The notes beneath the pieces are model-generated. The model had not been told where the DNA came from. It was given only the letters and a program-made list of their open reading frames with translations, and made no database searches. From the NCBI RefSeq assembly GCF_001194135.2, contig NC_068981.1, forward strand, positions 106,877,805 through 106,941,804: 64,000 nt of DNA, in the 5' to 3' direction. This document shows, piece after piece, positions 39,463 through 52,247 of this stretch (its first letter is position 1; every line of letters starts with the position of its first letter). A program made the translations under genes and the position numbers. This DNA comes from Octopus bimaculoides (lineage: Eukaryota).

Positions 39463-41300
39463 CCCTTTAGTGTTCACACCAAAAATAATTTCCCTTTATT
39501 TGTTTGAACTGGCCAAATCCAGCCATACAGATATGACTGGATTTGGCACTACTTTATGTTGTCTCAGTGCTGAATGAAGAAGCTAGTGTTTTGACACTTA
39601 AAAATGACTACAGATATGATTATTTGAACAAACAAGAAAGTTCTAGCAAAAAAAAAAAAAATTTTAACAGTATTTTGTGGCATAGAAGCTCATAAATTTA
39701 TTCTGTATGAATGCTTCCTCTACAAAATCACTAAAAAAATAAACAAATCACATTATTGAATTCTTGTAGCTTTTAGATAGTGCAAGATAAAGCTTTTCAA
39801 GTAAAAATACCATGAAATTTTTAAGACTTCTTGGTTTTTTCAATGTTTGAAGAGAAGTGTATATCTTAGTCTTTAACAATATGGCAATTATAACTTTGAA
39901 GGTTTTACTCTTAATGATGTACAAAATATAAACAAAAACAAGAGTGATACGTCTTTGGACAAATCTGATATTGATATATATGAATTTTCGTCACACAAGG
40001 AAAATTTCGATAATGAAAGTGATGAAAATAATATTGAAAACAGTACGGCAGCATGGTTGAAGATTACTACATCAACCACAATTCCTGATTTCTCAGAAAA
40101 GACTAGTCCACAACACAAACTACCCCTCAATGCTCAACCATTGGACTATTTATTTTTACCAGAAAGTTTTTATGAGGAAACAAATAAATATGCTCAACAC
40201 ATAATTTCTATTCACGGAAGACCCAATCCACTATGGAAGCCAACTGATACTGCTGAAATGCAAGCTTTTTTTACTATAAACATTCTGTTTGGCATCAAGC
40301 AGCTTCCTCAACTGTGGAACTACTGGACTTCTGATATAAGGTATGGTGATCCATATATCTCCAGCATTATGTCAAACTATTGTATTTAGGAGTTGGCTGT
40401 AATTTACTTATTGAATTTGTTTACCGATACGGTTGTACATAGGGTAAATGTGTTTGAAAGTTGTGGTTTCTTTGTTTCCAAAACAACACTTATTTTAGTG
40501 CTGTTGACACTGCCAGATTGAATGGCACCACCTAGGTGTTGAAACCATAATGATATCTGTGGGGCAGCTGGATGATGGAGGTATGTTGGATTGTTAGTAT
40601 GGCTGTTTTTGTATATGTTGAATAGTATTATTGGATTGTTGGTATGGCTGTTTTTGTATATGTGGAATAGTATTATAACACATCCTTTTGATATATTTCT
40701 TTCATTTTATTACAAATAATATGTGAAAGTGAGAAATTCACATCAATTTTCAGTATGTTACACACCCGTATTCACCTTTGCCTCACCTGTTGATGAGCTT
40801 TTTTTTATTAGATACATAGAGTACATAGCCACTGGTTGTACTTTATTTTCTATGAAAATGTTTGAATGGAATATAAAAAAAGAATAAAATCTACTGCCAA
40901 TTATACCTGTATTTTAATTAATTCAAATTAATGTACCTCATCTTGAAAAGTGGCAAAATTGTTGGCAGTTGACATCTGGGATAATTTTAGTTACAAATCA
41001 AACAGGTAAGATGCATTAAGAATTTCAATTTTAGTGTTTATCCATAATGTTATTGTTTTTACAGCTGTTATTTAAATTTACCTGTCCATAAAAGTCAAAT
41101 TTAATCAGAAAGATAGTTAAAATTACATGACTATAAACCACTGGTATATAAGCACCCACTGACAAAATTTCAAATCTGTATGCTAAAAATTAACAAAGTT
41201 GCAAGCAAATATTGTGGACACCCCTCTTGAACCTGAATAATTCAAACTAACATGAAGAAATAAGCATTACATTTGACAGATTAATCTGAACACTAAAGGG
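39463..41300 (+). mobile_element. piggyBac sister copy with internal deletion (1838 bp)
   Basis: TIRs CCCTTTAGTGTTCA at both ends; flanks CTGA / CTAA; 39463-40380 homologous to the 5' part and 40675-41300 to the 3' part of 21083-23653. Confidence 0.92.
39881..40375 (+). pseudogene. piggyBac transposase N-terminal remnant
   Basis: DKSDIDIYEFS...EETNKYAQHIISIHGR..LWKPTDTAEMQAFFTINILFGIKQLPQLWNYWTSDIRYGDPYISSIM, closely matching copy 1; DDD core absent. Confidence 0.9.
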
Positions 41301-41529
41301 CTAAGGTTAGAGCTGTCAGTACATTGCTTCTATTTTGGGTTGAAAAAGTTAGACACATACATAAGATGATAAAAGGTGACAAGAAGTGAAAGCTCCAGGA
41401 AGCTGTGAAGGAAGCAGAGCATACTGGAATCACTAGGGGATTGTTGTGGTAGTCTGTCATGGATGGTTAGGATTTGGTAATTGTAGCATCAGGAGTTTAA
41501 AGCAGTGCCAATGCTGGGAGAAAGACTAA

Positions 41530-41800
41530 GTTTATAGTGCCGAGGGGCTGAGAAGCAACAGAGGAATATCGCTGCATAACTGAAGAAAGGCAAATACCTA
41601 GACTTGGTTAATGAGGCTCTTTCCAAAGGGCGGCATGTAATCTCATTCACCAAGGAAATTGGATGTCATTGTTTCCCTGCAAGATCAATGTGCTATTTCT
41701 TACACAAGATTGATTTGGAACTCAAAGACCTGGAGGAAACCATGGCAACTGAGATCAGCTTGAGGTGGTTGTGGCTGACAAGAGACTATAGATGCTTTCC
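41530..41800 (+). mobile_element. Hero/R2-type non-LTR retrotransposon, restriction-like endonuclease C-terminus remnant
   Basis: KYLDLVNEALSKGRHVISFTKEIGCHCFPARSMCYFLHKID...EISLRWLWLTR fits the Hero pattern KY.DLV...GW....P.EVGCRGF...S..WlW..R (recalled, not searched). Confidence 0.6.
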
Positions 41801-43485
41801 TTGTGTAAGCAAAGGCCTATTCAGTTCTTGTTGCCCCACTCAGACAAAGCATATAGGCTAATAGGCAAAGTACTTGTAACACTGAAATGCCTACTAAAGA
41901 TGCCAAAAGGTTCCAGACATTGTGATATCTTCAGTCAATATCAGAAGGGCTTTCAACATCTTTGTATCTCCTGCTGTTTCACTTATGTGTCTAAATTTAA
42001 TCATGTCATGTTATAGTATATATCTGTGCCATATAATAACAATGTGAAGTAAAAACAAGTTTCTTCTCATAAATATTACAATTGTGTGAAATTAAAAATA
42101 TCCTGAAAACTATTAAGATATGGTTTCGTATTTTTATTATTTAATAGTAAACTTCCTCAACTGTCTCAACAATTGGCATAAGGTAGAAGATTGTAAATTA
42201 CTTTCCAAATAGTGTTCTTTGTTTTCTGTCCTCAAGATAGAATATATGTTGATGTACCTCTTTTAAAAGTAACAGCTACCAACACTGGCAGATTTCTACT
42301 ATATAATGCAGTATTTGATGTTGAAAGTATTTTTTCTGTGTTTGATTGTTGGAATGAAACAGCAAAGACAATGATCGTATTTAGATAAATAATATTTGTG
42401 TGTGTATGTGTGTGTCGTCTAATTTTGTATCAATCATAGTAGTTATCCAGAAATATGTCTTCCTTCAGTTGATAAGCTGCTCCTATCATAAACATCATCT
42501 TGCTGGAAATATATCAAAGGAATGAAGAACAATAGTGTTTCATGACTTCCTTTTCATCATAGACAGATTTTTCTCATAGCTCAAGAAGGGTGAAACAAAA
42601 GTATCGTAATATTTTGCTGAAAGTACAAACATTGTTACAAAGTATCATCAAAAGGATGTTCTCGAATCTCTTCTGATCGGACATTTTATTCTACAGCAGT
42701 GAAATATAGAAATTGATTTTTAGTTTCCAGGAGTTTTAGCAGTTCTATATCCTTCTCTCCACCTTATTTAGTAGTAGGATTTGATACATAGAACATATTA
42801 GAATAGATTTACTGAAGCATCATTTCAGTTAATAATGCTTTGACAACCTTGTTCATTATTAGTTACAAGTGATGACTGAGGGAAAGTAAATTCTTGTGTG
42901 GGCGGTTTTGCATACAAAGATAGTTATTCTTATATCATCTATACCAGATGGCAATCTTTAAACTATAGGGTTTCGAAATAATTTAAAGAATTTGACTTCA
43001 AATTTTGTTGCTAATGTGAATTTTGCTAAATGCCTATGAGCAGACACAAACTCATCAGATGGAAATGTATGACTGCTAATATATATATATATATACCCAC
43101 TTTTTTTCCATCAAGGGCTTATATGCCTCAATATTAGAGTCTTTTCTTTAGCCAATACACAGTGAACACATAAGCTTTAAGCTTGTAACTATTATTATTT
43201 ACAGAATTTTTTGCTAGTAACACTTTTCTTCATTTAACGCTGAATATGCACAGGTTTGTTTGTTTACACAACACTATAAAATTATAGTTCTTAAATCTAA
43301 CAGGGAAGAAGTGAGTGGGTAGTTTGGTGCAATCAGTTAGCACACTTATCCTAATATAAGAGCTGTGGATTCGTTTCCCACACATACTAATAACCACCTT
43401 TTTCTGTTGAGGGCTTATATGCTTCCATATTAGACTATTTTCTTTCGCGAATACATGGTGAATGCCTATAAGCTTTAAGCTTATA

Positions 43486-44731
43486 TTGGGTCATCCCATA
43501 AATAATGAGGTTTTTTCAATTGCATGAACTAAAAGTCAGAGGTAGATGGGATAAACTATCTGCATCAACTTGCTATAAAAGCAGGTAGTAATTTTACCTT
43601 GTACTTATTCTTATTGCAAGTTTTGAAGAGTACAGTTCGATTTTAATAGTTATTTTTATAAAACTGTAATGGAAGTGAGTATATTTGGCATATTTTACTT
43701 TATGAGTTCAATAAAGGCAACAACACAAGTGTGAGGAATGCAGTATATGGGGATCAGACAATAAATGTAAGCCAGTGTCAATGGTGGTTCCAGAAATTCT
43801 GAGCTGGAAACTACGGCCTAGAAGACAAGCCTTGTCCTGGAAGATCTGTAGAGCTCGACAAGGACATCTTGCAAACCCTGATGGAACAAAATCCCATCAT
43901 AACTGTTGAGGAACTAGCAGAGAAGCGTGGATTTGGTTATTCAACCATTCATCAACACCTGCATGCTATGGGAAAAGTCAGCAAATTGGGTCAGTGGGCT
44001 CCTCACAAACTTTCCAAGTCTAATCGTGCTCCAGAGAGTGAATACGTGCTCTTCTTTTCTGTCACATCTCACGAATGAACCTTTTTTGAACTGAATAATG
44101 ACTGGTGATGAGAAATGGGTTCTCTATAAAAATACTGAAGACAGTGGGTAAGGAAAGGAGAAACACTAGCTAAAGAAGGTCTTCACCCACGTAAGGTGTT
44201 GTTATCTGTTTGGTTGGATATGGAAGGTTTAGTCCACTTTGAACTTTTAAAGCCAAACCATATGATAACAAAGATCTACTGTGAGCAGCTTGAGTAGCTT
44301 AAGTCAGTGCAAGAAGAAAAAATGACCATCTTTGATTTCAAGACAGTGTTCTTCCATCAGGATAATGCTCAATCAGATACTGTGAGGATGACATTCCAAA
44401 TACTGGAGCAGTTTGAATGGGAAACAATGCCCCACCATATTCATTGGACATTGCCCTATCTGATTATCATTTATTCCGCAGTCTTCAGAATTATTTGGAT
44501 GGAAAACATGAATTCTGTAGACAAGGTCAGAACAGTACAGAAGGAGTATTTTTCATCAAAGACAAGGGAATTTTGTAAGTGGGGCCTTGCAAGTCTACCA
44601 GATAGATGAAAATGCATTGTAGAAAATGAAGGAGAATATGTTTTAGATCAAAAAAGAACTTTGTTTATCTGAATTTTGAAGAATAAAAAAGGAGTATAAA
44701 AAAAAAACGCATTATTTATGGGATGACCCAA
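43486..44731 (+). mobile_element. mariner transposon, full length (1246 bp)
   Basis: 22-bp perfect TIR TTGGGTCATCCCATAAATAATG; TA duplications at 43484-43485 and 44732-44733. Confidence 0.95.
43669..44646 (+). pseudogene. mariner D,D34D transposase pseudogene
   Basis: WAPHKL (WVPHEL), TGDEKWV, HQDNA and YSLDIALSDYHLFRSLQN (YSPDLAPSDY) motifs; spacing fits D34D once a 4-nt deletion is allowed; several stops and frameshifts. Confidence 0.92.
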
Positions 44732-44839
44732 TAATAATTATTTTTATTGCCATATTGATGTGGCAATGTGCTGTACGTGATAGGACACATCAAGCTAAGT
44801 AAAATTGTTGTCTTCTACACAAACAGACTTGTCCTTTCA

Positions 44840-45100
44840 GGTACCAGGGCCACTTAAAAAACACCCATGGCACTTAAAAAGCGCCTGTGCCAGTGCTGCG
44901 TAGCACACTTGTAACAGTGACACGTAAAAAGCACGCAACACACTCTGTTAAGTGGTCAGTTTTAGAAAGGGAATCCAGCCATAGAAATCATGGCACAACA
45001 GACAGTTGGAGTCCATACAGTTCCCTGCTAGCCAACTCCATGTCAAACTGTCCAACCCATGCCAGTATGAAAAATGGACATTAAATGATGATGATGATGA
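44840..45100 (+). mobile_element. Retroposon with (GAT)n tail (RTE-type 3' end)
   Basis: Ends ccaacccatgccagtatgaaaaatggacattaaatgatgatgatga. Confidence 0.75.
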
Positions 45101-46205
45101 TATATTTATATAATATAGTATAGTATAATATAATATAAAGTAAGAATAGCACTTGTCTAATGAGATTTATTAACTAGTTCTTTATACTTAGAAACAACAC
45201 CCTTCATGTGTTGCCTTAATTTCAGTCTTCTGTAATTTTACGTTTTCACTGCTGAAATTGTTACATTAGTAGTAACCAAATTCAACAATGTGATGACTGT
45301 ACACAACAGAAAATTATATTGAAATTTTCATACTTAATTTCATTTTTTTTTTCCTTCTAATTGTGTAAATTGTTTCAATTGTTTTGCCAGACAAAATTGT
45401 ATCTTTTTAATTTATTTTTGCCTCTAACTGAATTTCTCTTTTGTATATGTGCATGTATGTATCTAATCTCACAAAAACACGTATACATAGATACAAATCA
45501 CCAGCTGTGTAAATGTATATACACTCTTCAACTGTCATCCATTAATCATATTTTTAACACAGCAAGTCTAAAACAGATATTCTCTCAGGACAAATACCCC
45601 AGTAACTGGCCTATCAAAAGTGTATGCATATTATGACTTAGAGATGATTTAAAAAAAATTAAATGTTGCCTCAATTGCATATACCAGAGTTTTAATCCGT
45701 TAAGCAGTTATTTGCTACATCAGTGAATGTTATATCAGAGGCATGTGGGTGGCTCAAATAGACTGAAATGTATCTAGCTGCTGGGCTGCATTTTCATCTA
45801 TCACTGATATTTATTGTAGCAGATGAGATTACCTTTTGGTATTGATACTGCTTCCATCACCAATAATTAATTTTTAACAAATCCGCTGGCTTTTTGTGAC
45901 AGCAGTGTTTAAAATGATGAAGGTATTCTATATATCATAACTGTAAGATTTGCCCACTATACAGTGACCAAATGCTTCCCACTGATGATTTCCAATAGAA
46001 TGAAATCATGTGATATGGGAATTCCAGTGCTCATGATAGACGGTTCTCATCTGCTTTGATCTGTGTGTGCTTTTATGCACCAAGCGCCTATAGGAGTGAC
46101 TCCCTCAAGGCTAATAACACAGCATCCAATGTTCAAACAAGACATCCATGTTAAGTTGTATATAAAGATTATTGTTTGGTATTAATGCTGCTTCCATTGC
46201 TAATA

Positions 46206-46252
<47 letters not shown>

Positions 46253-46267
46253 TAAAGAGAGAGAGAG

Positions 46268-46640
46268 GTGCAGGCATGGGTGTGTGGTAAGAAGTTTATT
46301 TCCAACCAACATGGTTCTGGGTTTAGTCCCACTGTGTGACACCTTGGTTGTCTTCTATTATAGCCCCAGGCTGACCTAAGCCTTGTGAACAGATTTGATA
46401 GATACAAACTGAAAGAAGCCCGTCGTGTGTGAATTTGTGTCTGTGTTTGCTCACCTACTCCCCACCACCACCACTTCACAACCAGTGTTGGTGTGTTTAC
46501 GCCCCAGTGATTTAGCAGTTTTGCGAAAGAAACTGATACACTAAAAAAAAATAAAATAAAAAGTACTGGTGTCAATTTGTTCAACTGAAATTCTTCAAGG
46601 CCAGCATGGCCACAGTTTAATGGCTGAAACAAGTGAAAAA
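46268..46640 (+). mobile_element. tRNA-derived SINE
   Basis: Same family as 9832-10235. Confidence 0.85.
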
Positions 46641-46689
46641 AAATAGACACACACACACGGGTGCATGTGCACATATCTGTGTGTGTATA

Positions 46690-46935
46690 GAAGGACCCCC
46701 CCCTTCTTACATAAATGACCACCTAGAAAGCACCCTCTGGGGCACAAGTCTGGACAGGGTTGATTATGGAAGACTAGCAGCCACCCATGTATACTAGCCT
46801 CCCCTCTCCATGCCACCGAAGTTATCCAAGGCAAAGGTAAAGGCCAACACAGCTTGGCACCAGTGACGTCACAACTCATTTCTACAGGTGAGTGAACTGG
46901 AGCATTGTGGAATAAAGTGTCTTGCTCAAGACAAA
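46690..46935 (-). mobile_element. tRNA-derived SINE, partial
   Basis: aataaagtgtcttgctcaag is the reverse complement of the 9553 family body. Confidence 0.6.
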
Positions 46936-47113
46936 AACACATATATGTATGAGAATATGTGTGTGTGTGTATGTGTCTATGTTTCTACATGTACACGACA
47001 TATACATATAATCACTCCTATTTGCAAGAAACTTGAAATAATGACACAATGAACCATCAGCTTCAAATGAGTAATTAAAATGTATGACATGTACTTACTT
47101 TTACTTATGTGTG

Positions 47114-47158
<45 letters not shown>

Positions 47159-48582
47159 TTTTTATAGGTATTGATTATACACGCACTCACTAAAATTTTC
47201 ATGCATTTCAATAACAATTTCATTAATGTCTACTGTAGCTTGACTAAAGTCTATTTATGAAAACTGTAATACACTTCTATTACAAGAAGCAATATTGTAA
47301 CTCTAAACTCCCTTTTGTAACTCTTAACATATCGAACAAATACAAGAGGTAAACTGTAAAAATGCTAGCAATCTTGTTTCGATTTTGTTTTATTTTTGTT
47401 TGTAGATTGTATCTAAATTCATTCCAAAATTGATTGAATGCCAATTTCCTTTTATGATATCGTCCATTCTATTTTTGCTCTGACCTATATTCTTAGGCCC
47501 ATCATTTTACATTGTGTTATTCAGTTCAGAGAGTGGTGATTTCTTAAGTCGAATGAAAGCATATTTTCATAAAATTACATGAAGATATGCTTTCATTGAT
47601 TATAATCAATCTGTTACTTGTTTGCTTTAGACAGTGTACTTGTCTTTGTCTTTTGTCAGTACATTTTGAAACTCTTGCCTATGTCAAAGATAAGTCAATA
47701 GAAATAAATAGCTTTTAGTTAAGCTGAACTAAATTTGGTTGTCTGAAGATGTAAAAAAGACATCAATTTTATAAACATGTTAACATTTTAGTAATTTGTT
47801 TTTATAAGAATTAAAAACGTTTTTTTTTTTTCAGTATTATGCTATTCATTTGCATTGTTTTGTGCTGTTATAATTTGTTGCTGATGAAATCCTTTATTAA
47901 TTCACTTTTCTCCTGTTTCATTGGCTTTTCTTTGTCATCACTTATGTAAATGTTTCAAAATGCTCTGACATAGGATGAAGAAAAGTACACCTCATTAAAT
48001 TGAGAATTACTAAGTATAATATCCCATAGCTTACTTGGTTATTAAGCCTGTGTGATTCAATAGTTGATACACAAAGGCGATTTATCATTTATTATTAATA
48101 AGCAATTTAATATCACACAAAGTGATGCTGGGGAATTTTGTAATTTATTAGGACTTCATACTCATACAGTGTGTGTGTGTGGAAAGAGAGAGGGAGGAGT
48201 GCTGCACGCACGGCCATGTGATTAAGTAGTTTGTGTTGGAATCTCATGGTCGAGAGTTGATTCCCATGGCATGGACACTGGTGTGTTCTACCGTAGCTAC
48301 CAGATGACCAATGCCCCATGATGTAATTTGGTACACAGAAACTGGTAAATGTTCATCATGTATATATGTGCATGTGCATACCCAAAACAATGAAATAGTG
48401 CCAGTAGTGCACTGAAGTTCATCTCCTATATCTTTCTACTTCAAATTTGATGCATTGTACTAATGTGAGAAGTCAGTATGACTTGTATCAACGGTTTATT
48501 CTTGATATATATCTGATGAATAGTAATTTCTTTCTTGTCATTGATGAATTTCATTACTTATTTATTCATTTATTTATTTATT

Positions 48583-48627
<45 letters not shown>

Positions 48628-49033
48628 TTCCTCTTTTCTGTGACTCATCAAACTGTTTGGATATCTATGTCATTTGTTTCTCTGAAATTGCTCTAAGTTT
48701 GATTTCATCTTCGCTTCCATTTTTGCCTGTTTGTGTTTATATATGCTTTACTCTTCACTATCATATTTCTTCAACTGTTAACATGGTTCTTGCCAAATTG
48801 ATAGTAACATAAAATGTCAATCACTAGTTTGCTAAATGAATAGACTTGGCATAAGTATTAATGCACAGCAGTAGTGTGACAATCAACAGTATTCTTTGTG
48901 ATGACTAGGAATTCATTTATATATTAAGGAAGCAAGAAAATTGTTCCCTGTCTTATTATCACAATGCTGAATTAACAGTTAATTTTATGGTGCCTAACCA
49001 ACTATGCTTTCTTTTTCTATTTTTTCTTATTAG

Positions 49034-49137
49034 AAATCCTTCTGTGTTGAAAGATTCCAATTTAGTCAGCAGGAGACTGACAGAATGAATGAATTATCAG
49101 AATTGGTTGCCAGCTGTTAATTTTCATCATATAGATG
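49034..49137 (+). other. Candidate 104-nt exon of an unidentified transcript
   Basis: Long pyrimidine tract ending ttattAG and donor G|GTAAGC; a stop codon occurs in all three frames. Confidence 0.35.
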
Positions 49138-49684
49138 GTAAGCATTGTTTAATATAGCATCTTTTGAAATCACCAGCTTGGATTTGATTTTTTACCTAAA
49201 GTCTGATTATAATTTGAAGATGAATAAGCTAATTAAACTGACTAGATAAAATGCAGGATATAGGGATTCTTTTTGTGTCGGTATTCATTTAAAAAATTTA
49301 TTTTAAGTTTGTTTTAACTGATCATAGGCTTTCTCTACAAAAATTTACCTTATGCCTGATCATTATGTAGACTTTTGTAAATTATTAAATAGAGATATGC
49401 TCTTAATGGTGTGTCTGGGTTCCAAATACAACTTCCAGATGCTACTATTTTCTTTACTTATGCCTCTTATGTCAATAAAATCAGAAAATGTACACAATCT
49501 CAAATCCTATGTCAGCTGTCCTAATGTACAGAGTCAACATTACATGATAAGTTTTCCCCTATTTTTTGTATGAACATTTATTTAACATGTCTGAAATTTC
49601 AATATAATAAGAGATTACACACTTTTCTGTCTTGTTCAATCATGCCAGTAGAAGAATAGCCCTTTTAATCTTTTAGTCACTGAA

Positions 49685-50170
49685 TCATCATTATCATCAT
49701 CGTTTAACATCTGCCTTCCATGCTGGCATGGGTTGGACAGTTTGACAGGAGTCAGCCAGGTAGAAAACTACTCTAGGCTATTGTGTCTTCTTTGGCAGGG
49801 TTTTTACAGCTGGATGCCCTTCCAATGCCAACCACTTCACAGTGTGGACTGGATACTTTTTACATAGCACCAAGTAACTTGCAAGACAAGGAATTTTGAG
49901 AGGGGAGAGGGCATTGGAGGAGGTGAACTTGTGTCAGATGATGAAAAGTTAGAGTATGACAGAGAGGCAGAAACAGGTGTCTTGCTATAGAGGAGGTTAC
50001 CCAGCCATAGAGAGAGAGAAAGAGAGGGGGAGAGAGAGGTAACAAGAATGAGGACAGAAACAGGTGTGCTGATGTAAAGGAGATACTTGGTTACCTATCC
50101 AGAGGGTAGAGGAAGAGAGAAAGTAATCAAGAATGAGTGCAGAAACGGATGTGTTACTGTAGAGGAAAAT
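49685..50170 (-). mobile_element. Retroposon with (GAT)n tail and GA-rich internal sub-repeats
   Basis: Tail family motif plus agaaacaggtgt...gtagagga units shared with 58690-58830. Confidence 0.7.
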
Positions 50171-51214
50171 TAATTTTTAAAAGTTGGAAGCACTGACCAG
50201 GTTCTGAGACCTGGAGTGCACTGTCATGTACTGATATTTGCATGTAAATCATTGTAGTGTGTTCTTTGGCAAGATACTTTAACAACAAAAAGAAAAGTCA
50301 TATCTACAAAATATTTAAAATCATACCATTTATCTTTGATTTGGAAGGGAAAGAATAAAATGAGATGTTGATGCCATAAAAATTTAGAACCTCTAGGACA
50401 TGATATAATTTATTTTTGGAATAGAGTGCCTTGAAGCATATTAAGCTATAAATAATAACATGTAAATATTGGGTTAAAAAAAACCTTTCACTTGTAATAA
50501 AGTTTGTAAAATGGATAGAAATACGTGAAGGATTACTTTGGTCTAAATAGAATGCATCTCATGTTTACTGGAGATGTGGGTTCATATTTCACAAGCAGCC
50601 TTCCTCTTTTTCTATCCAAAAGAATATTTCAACTTAATATTTACATACTATTATTAATAGCTTTACTTGCTTCAAGAGTCACTATTCCAAAAATTAAAAA
50701 TAAGATGTTAATATGCTTTGGTAATGGCAATATGATTAACTTGGACAAAACCATTTTAGATAATTATTTCTCAACAGTTTAAATCATATTGTACAGTATA
50801 ACTGTGGGGAAAAAAAATCTTTTGTCACCACCTGAAGATATTTTTTATATTCCATTATAGTATTATAATAGTTTTGTAAATGTTGTTGTTTACTCGCAAA
50901 GTAGCCTCCACCACGAAGACCAGGTCATGACTATTGAATTTTTTTTTTAATGCCTTTCTTTCCATCTTTTTAAAATGGTAGGGTTGGCTTTAAGAGTGAT
51001 TTTTCTGCTATTTCTAGAAGATTAAGTTCTTGTGCAGAGATCCCCTCACTGGCTCACGTATTTACTTTTTATTTTCATGGGTATCTTGACTGTAAACTAA
51101 AGTATCATTAAATTTTTATTTGTCATATTTCACTGGAGAAGGCAACAGGAGACCAATCCTTAAAATCTTGCTAAATGCTTTATTTAAAGAAGCATAAAGA
51201 AATGCCTCACTCAC

Positions 51215-51685
51215 TATGTTGGTACTCCGTCGGTTACGACAACAAGGGTTCCAGTTGATCCGATCAACGGAACAGCCTGCTCGTGAAATTAATGTGCAAG
51301 TGGCTGAGCACTCCAAAGACATGTGTACCCTTAACGTAGTTCTCGGGGAGATTCGGCATGACACAGTATGACAAGGCTGGCCCTTTGAAATACAGGTACA
51401 ACAGAAACGGGAAGAAAGAGTGAGAGAAAGTTGTGGTGAAAGAGTACAGTAGGGTTCGCCACCACCCCTTGCTGGAGCCTCNNNNNNNNNNACGGGAAGA
51501 AAGAGTGAGAGAAAGTTGTGGTGAAAGAGTACAGTAGGGTTCGCCACCACCCCTTGCTGGAGCCTCGTGGAGCTTTAGGTGTTTTCACTCAATAAACACT
51601 AACAATGCCCGGTCTGAGAATCGAAACCGCAATCCTACGACCGCGAGTCTGCTACCCTAACCACTGGGCCATTGCGCCTCCACTG
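51215..51685 (-). mobile_element. Young tRNA-derived SINE spanning a 10-N gap
   Basis: CpG-retaining copy; reverse strand head gcgcaatggcccagtggttaggg...gcggtttcgattctc. Confidence 0.85.
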
Positions 51686-52059
51686 CTCACTCACTATAAC
51701 ACACAGCAAAGTAATTGTATTTAGTGTAACATTATTTATAAAATCAATGCTTCTGATCTTTGATGCTTTGGATAAAAAAAAAGAACGCTATGTTTATGGA
51801 TCAAATACTAATAACTCCATCTCCTTTTGAATTTGCCAAGAGAAATTAGAAATTGTGGGGTTTATACATTATGTTGATACGCATAAATCACTTAGCATGA
51901 TAAAAAAGTAAAGATTACCAACCAGCAGGAATAAATGCTTTCAATATAATTGTATGTGATATATTATCAGTTTTATTTTTACCTTGATAATATATCATTT
52001 AAGATTGAATCAACTTGATTTTCCAATATTTTCTTTCTGTTACTTACTATACTGATTTG

Positions 52060-52104
<45 letters not shown>

Positions 52105-52213
52105 CACGTGTAGTACAATTTTTTTCTGAATTTTCAGATTTTTTAATATACTAGGCCACTTGGTTTTAAATTAAATTAATATTCAATTTATCACCCTATC
52201 TATATAAATAATA

Positions 52214-52247
<34 letters not shown>

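Noticed and set aside
42874-42960. GTGATGA C-box-like motif
   Set aside because: No CTGA D box or terminal stem at a suitable distance.
51407-51566. Exact 75-bp direct repeat (51407-51481, 51492-51566)
   Set aside because: Identical copies on either side of a 10-N gap inside a SINE indicate an unmerged contig overlap.
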